DNA of 64,000 nucleotides from Camelus dromedarius (lineage: Eukaryota), in assembly GCF_036321535.1 (NCBI RefSeq), contig NC_087468.1, forward strand, positions 15,810,001-15,874,000. Reading direction: 5' to 3'. This document shows positions 62,656-64,000 of the stretch, piece by piece. Made by a program: the position numbers and the translations under genes. Below the pieces are notes generated by a model. That model was not told the DNA's origin, searched no databases, and was given only the letters and a program-made list of their open reading frames with translations. Within the stretch, counting starts at the first letter, position 1; the number at the start of each line of letters is the position of its first letter.

Positions 62656-63805
62656 TTCTCTTGGTCTCTGAGGTTCACAGGTATTTACCCCCTACTTCTA
62701 AGACCCTCGGAGGAGCTCGTCATCTCTTGGTGGGGGAGGGGCTCTCTCTTCATTCCCATTTCTGAGCTCTACTCACTTGTGTCCCACCACGGTGGTGCAG
62801 GGAGCTGTTCCTCCCTAGGCCATAAGACACTGGGTCCTTTGTTCTTAAATCCCAAATGTGTCTGGTACCTTTGCCTTCCCTCCCCCAGCTCGGCACAGGA
62901 CCGAGAGACCCGCAGGGAAGTTCACGCCTATTTTTTCACTCTCTTGACTTTATTTCTCCCTCAGCCAACCTAGTCTAGATTGGTGGGGACCCTGACACGT
63001 CATACATTCTTTTTCTATTTGAAGATGCTAACATTTCATGCTCTGTATTAGCTAGGGCTTAAGTTTTTAACTAGAAAGCTCAAAACGTTTGCAAATAAAA
63101 AATCATGAATTTCAAGTCTTTTCTAGACTTCTAGCTCCAAAGCATTGTGAGCACTGTTTCTTTCTCTGGATAATTTCTCACCACCCCCTCTACCGAGGGT
63201 AACAATTGTCACTGACTTCTGGGATGTAGAGGAGAAATCTGATAAGAAACTGTGAAGGTGGACGATTGCAGGAAGAGCTAAACAGATCCCATAATACAAT
63301 GGGATCTACATTAATTTATGTAATTTCATTTTCCTCTACTGGATACAAATATCCCCTGGCAAAAACAACAGACGATTCGTTATTAGCAACTTAACGTGAA
63401 TTATTTTCTCTTCCTTACGCTGGCTGAGTTCTGAAGGCAGGCTTGACAGGGGAGACTGGAGAGACAGGGTTAGGATAAGGGCAGTGGAGAGGCCAGGTGG
63501 GGTCGGAGGAAGGGGCAGCGAGGGGTATTTGATGGGCAGTGGAGGGTTAGGGCTTGGGGAGAGGGAAAAGGAAGGGAGTGCCAGGATGGGCGTCACACAT
63601 TTCCCAGCTATGCCAGAATTGGGGAGACCTGGGGTTAGCACATTCAGGCAGAGGAAGGGAGAGGTCTGTATTCACAGCCAGGTCAAGAACTGACTCAATG
63701 ATTTGTGAAAGCACAGAGGAGACACACTTCTCCAATTTCCAGGTGACTCAGAGGGATGGAGTCATTGCCACTAAGACTGAGGTCAAAGCAGCAAAATAAA
63801 AAGGA

Positions 63806-64000
63806 ACGTAGTAAACAAACTTATGGTTACTCGGGAGGAAGTGGGTGGGAAGGGATGAATTGGGAGTTCGAGATTCGCAAATACTACTATATATAAAACA
63901 GATTTAAAAACGCTCCAAATTTCTTCTGTGTAGCACAGGGAACTATATTCAGTACCTTGTAGTAACCTAGAATGAAAAGGAACATGAAAACCAATATATG
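63806..64000 (+). mobile_element. Artiodactyl/camelid L1 3' UTR, runs off the window
   Basis: aacaaacttatggttac...aattgggagttcgagatt...gtagcacagggaactatattcagtaccttgtagtaacc. Confidence 0.85.

Overview
Mammalian genomic DNA, most likely a camelid (Camelus/Vicugna/Lama). This rests on four copies of a tRNA-Ala-derived SINE resembling the camelid Vic-1 family, plus artiodactyl-type L1 3' ends. It contains two N-gaps typical of a short-read assembly. The only supported gene is the 3' half of SUCLG1 (succinate-CoA ligase alpha subunit) on the + strand: four coding exons (2825-2908, 4591-4742, 8532-8720, 10263-10289; GT-AG introns, frame-consistent) and a poly(A) signal at 10484. The remaining ~53.5 kb is intergenic and dominated by transposon relics (L1, HAL1, L2, MIR, MER2/5/33/58/104, MLT1, three solo LTRs with intact target-site duplications, Vic-1-like SINEs). 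I found no new protein-coding system; the other long ORFs look like chance ORFs. The best leads are: AT-to-GC-type substitutions at deeply conserved SUCLG1 residues alongside unusual CpG density in nearby ancient repeats (possible GC-biased gene conversion), a perfect CTCF core in the last intron, a G-rich intronic minisatellite, an orphan CpG island, an LTR/NF-kB motif cluster, and odd L1 architectures. Repeat family names and ortholog comparisons come from recalled consensus sequences, not a database search. All counts are hand counts.
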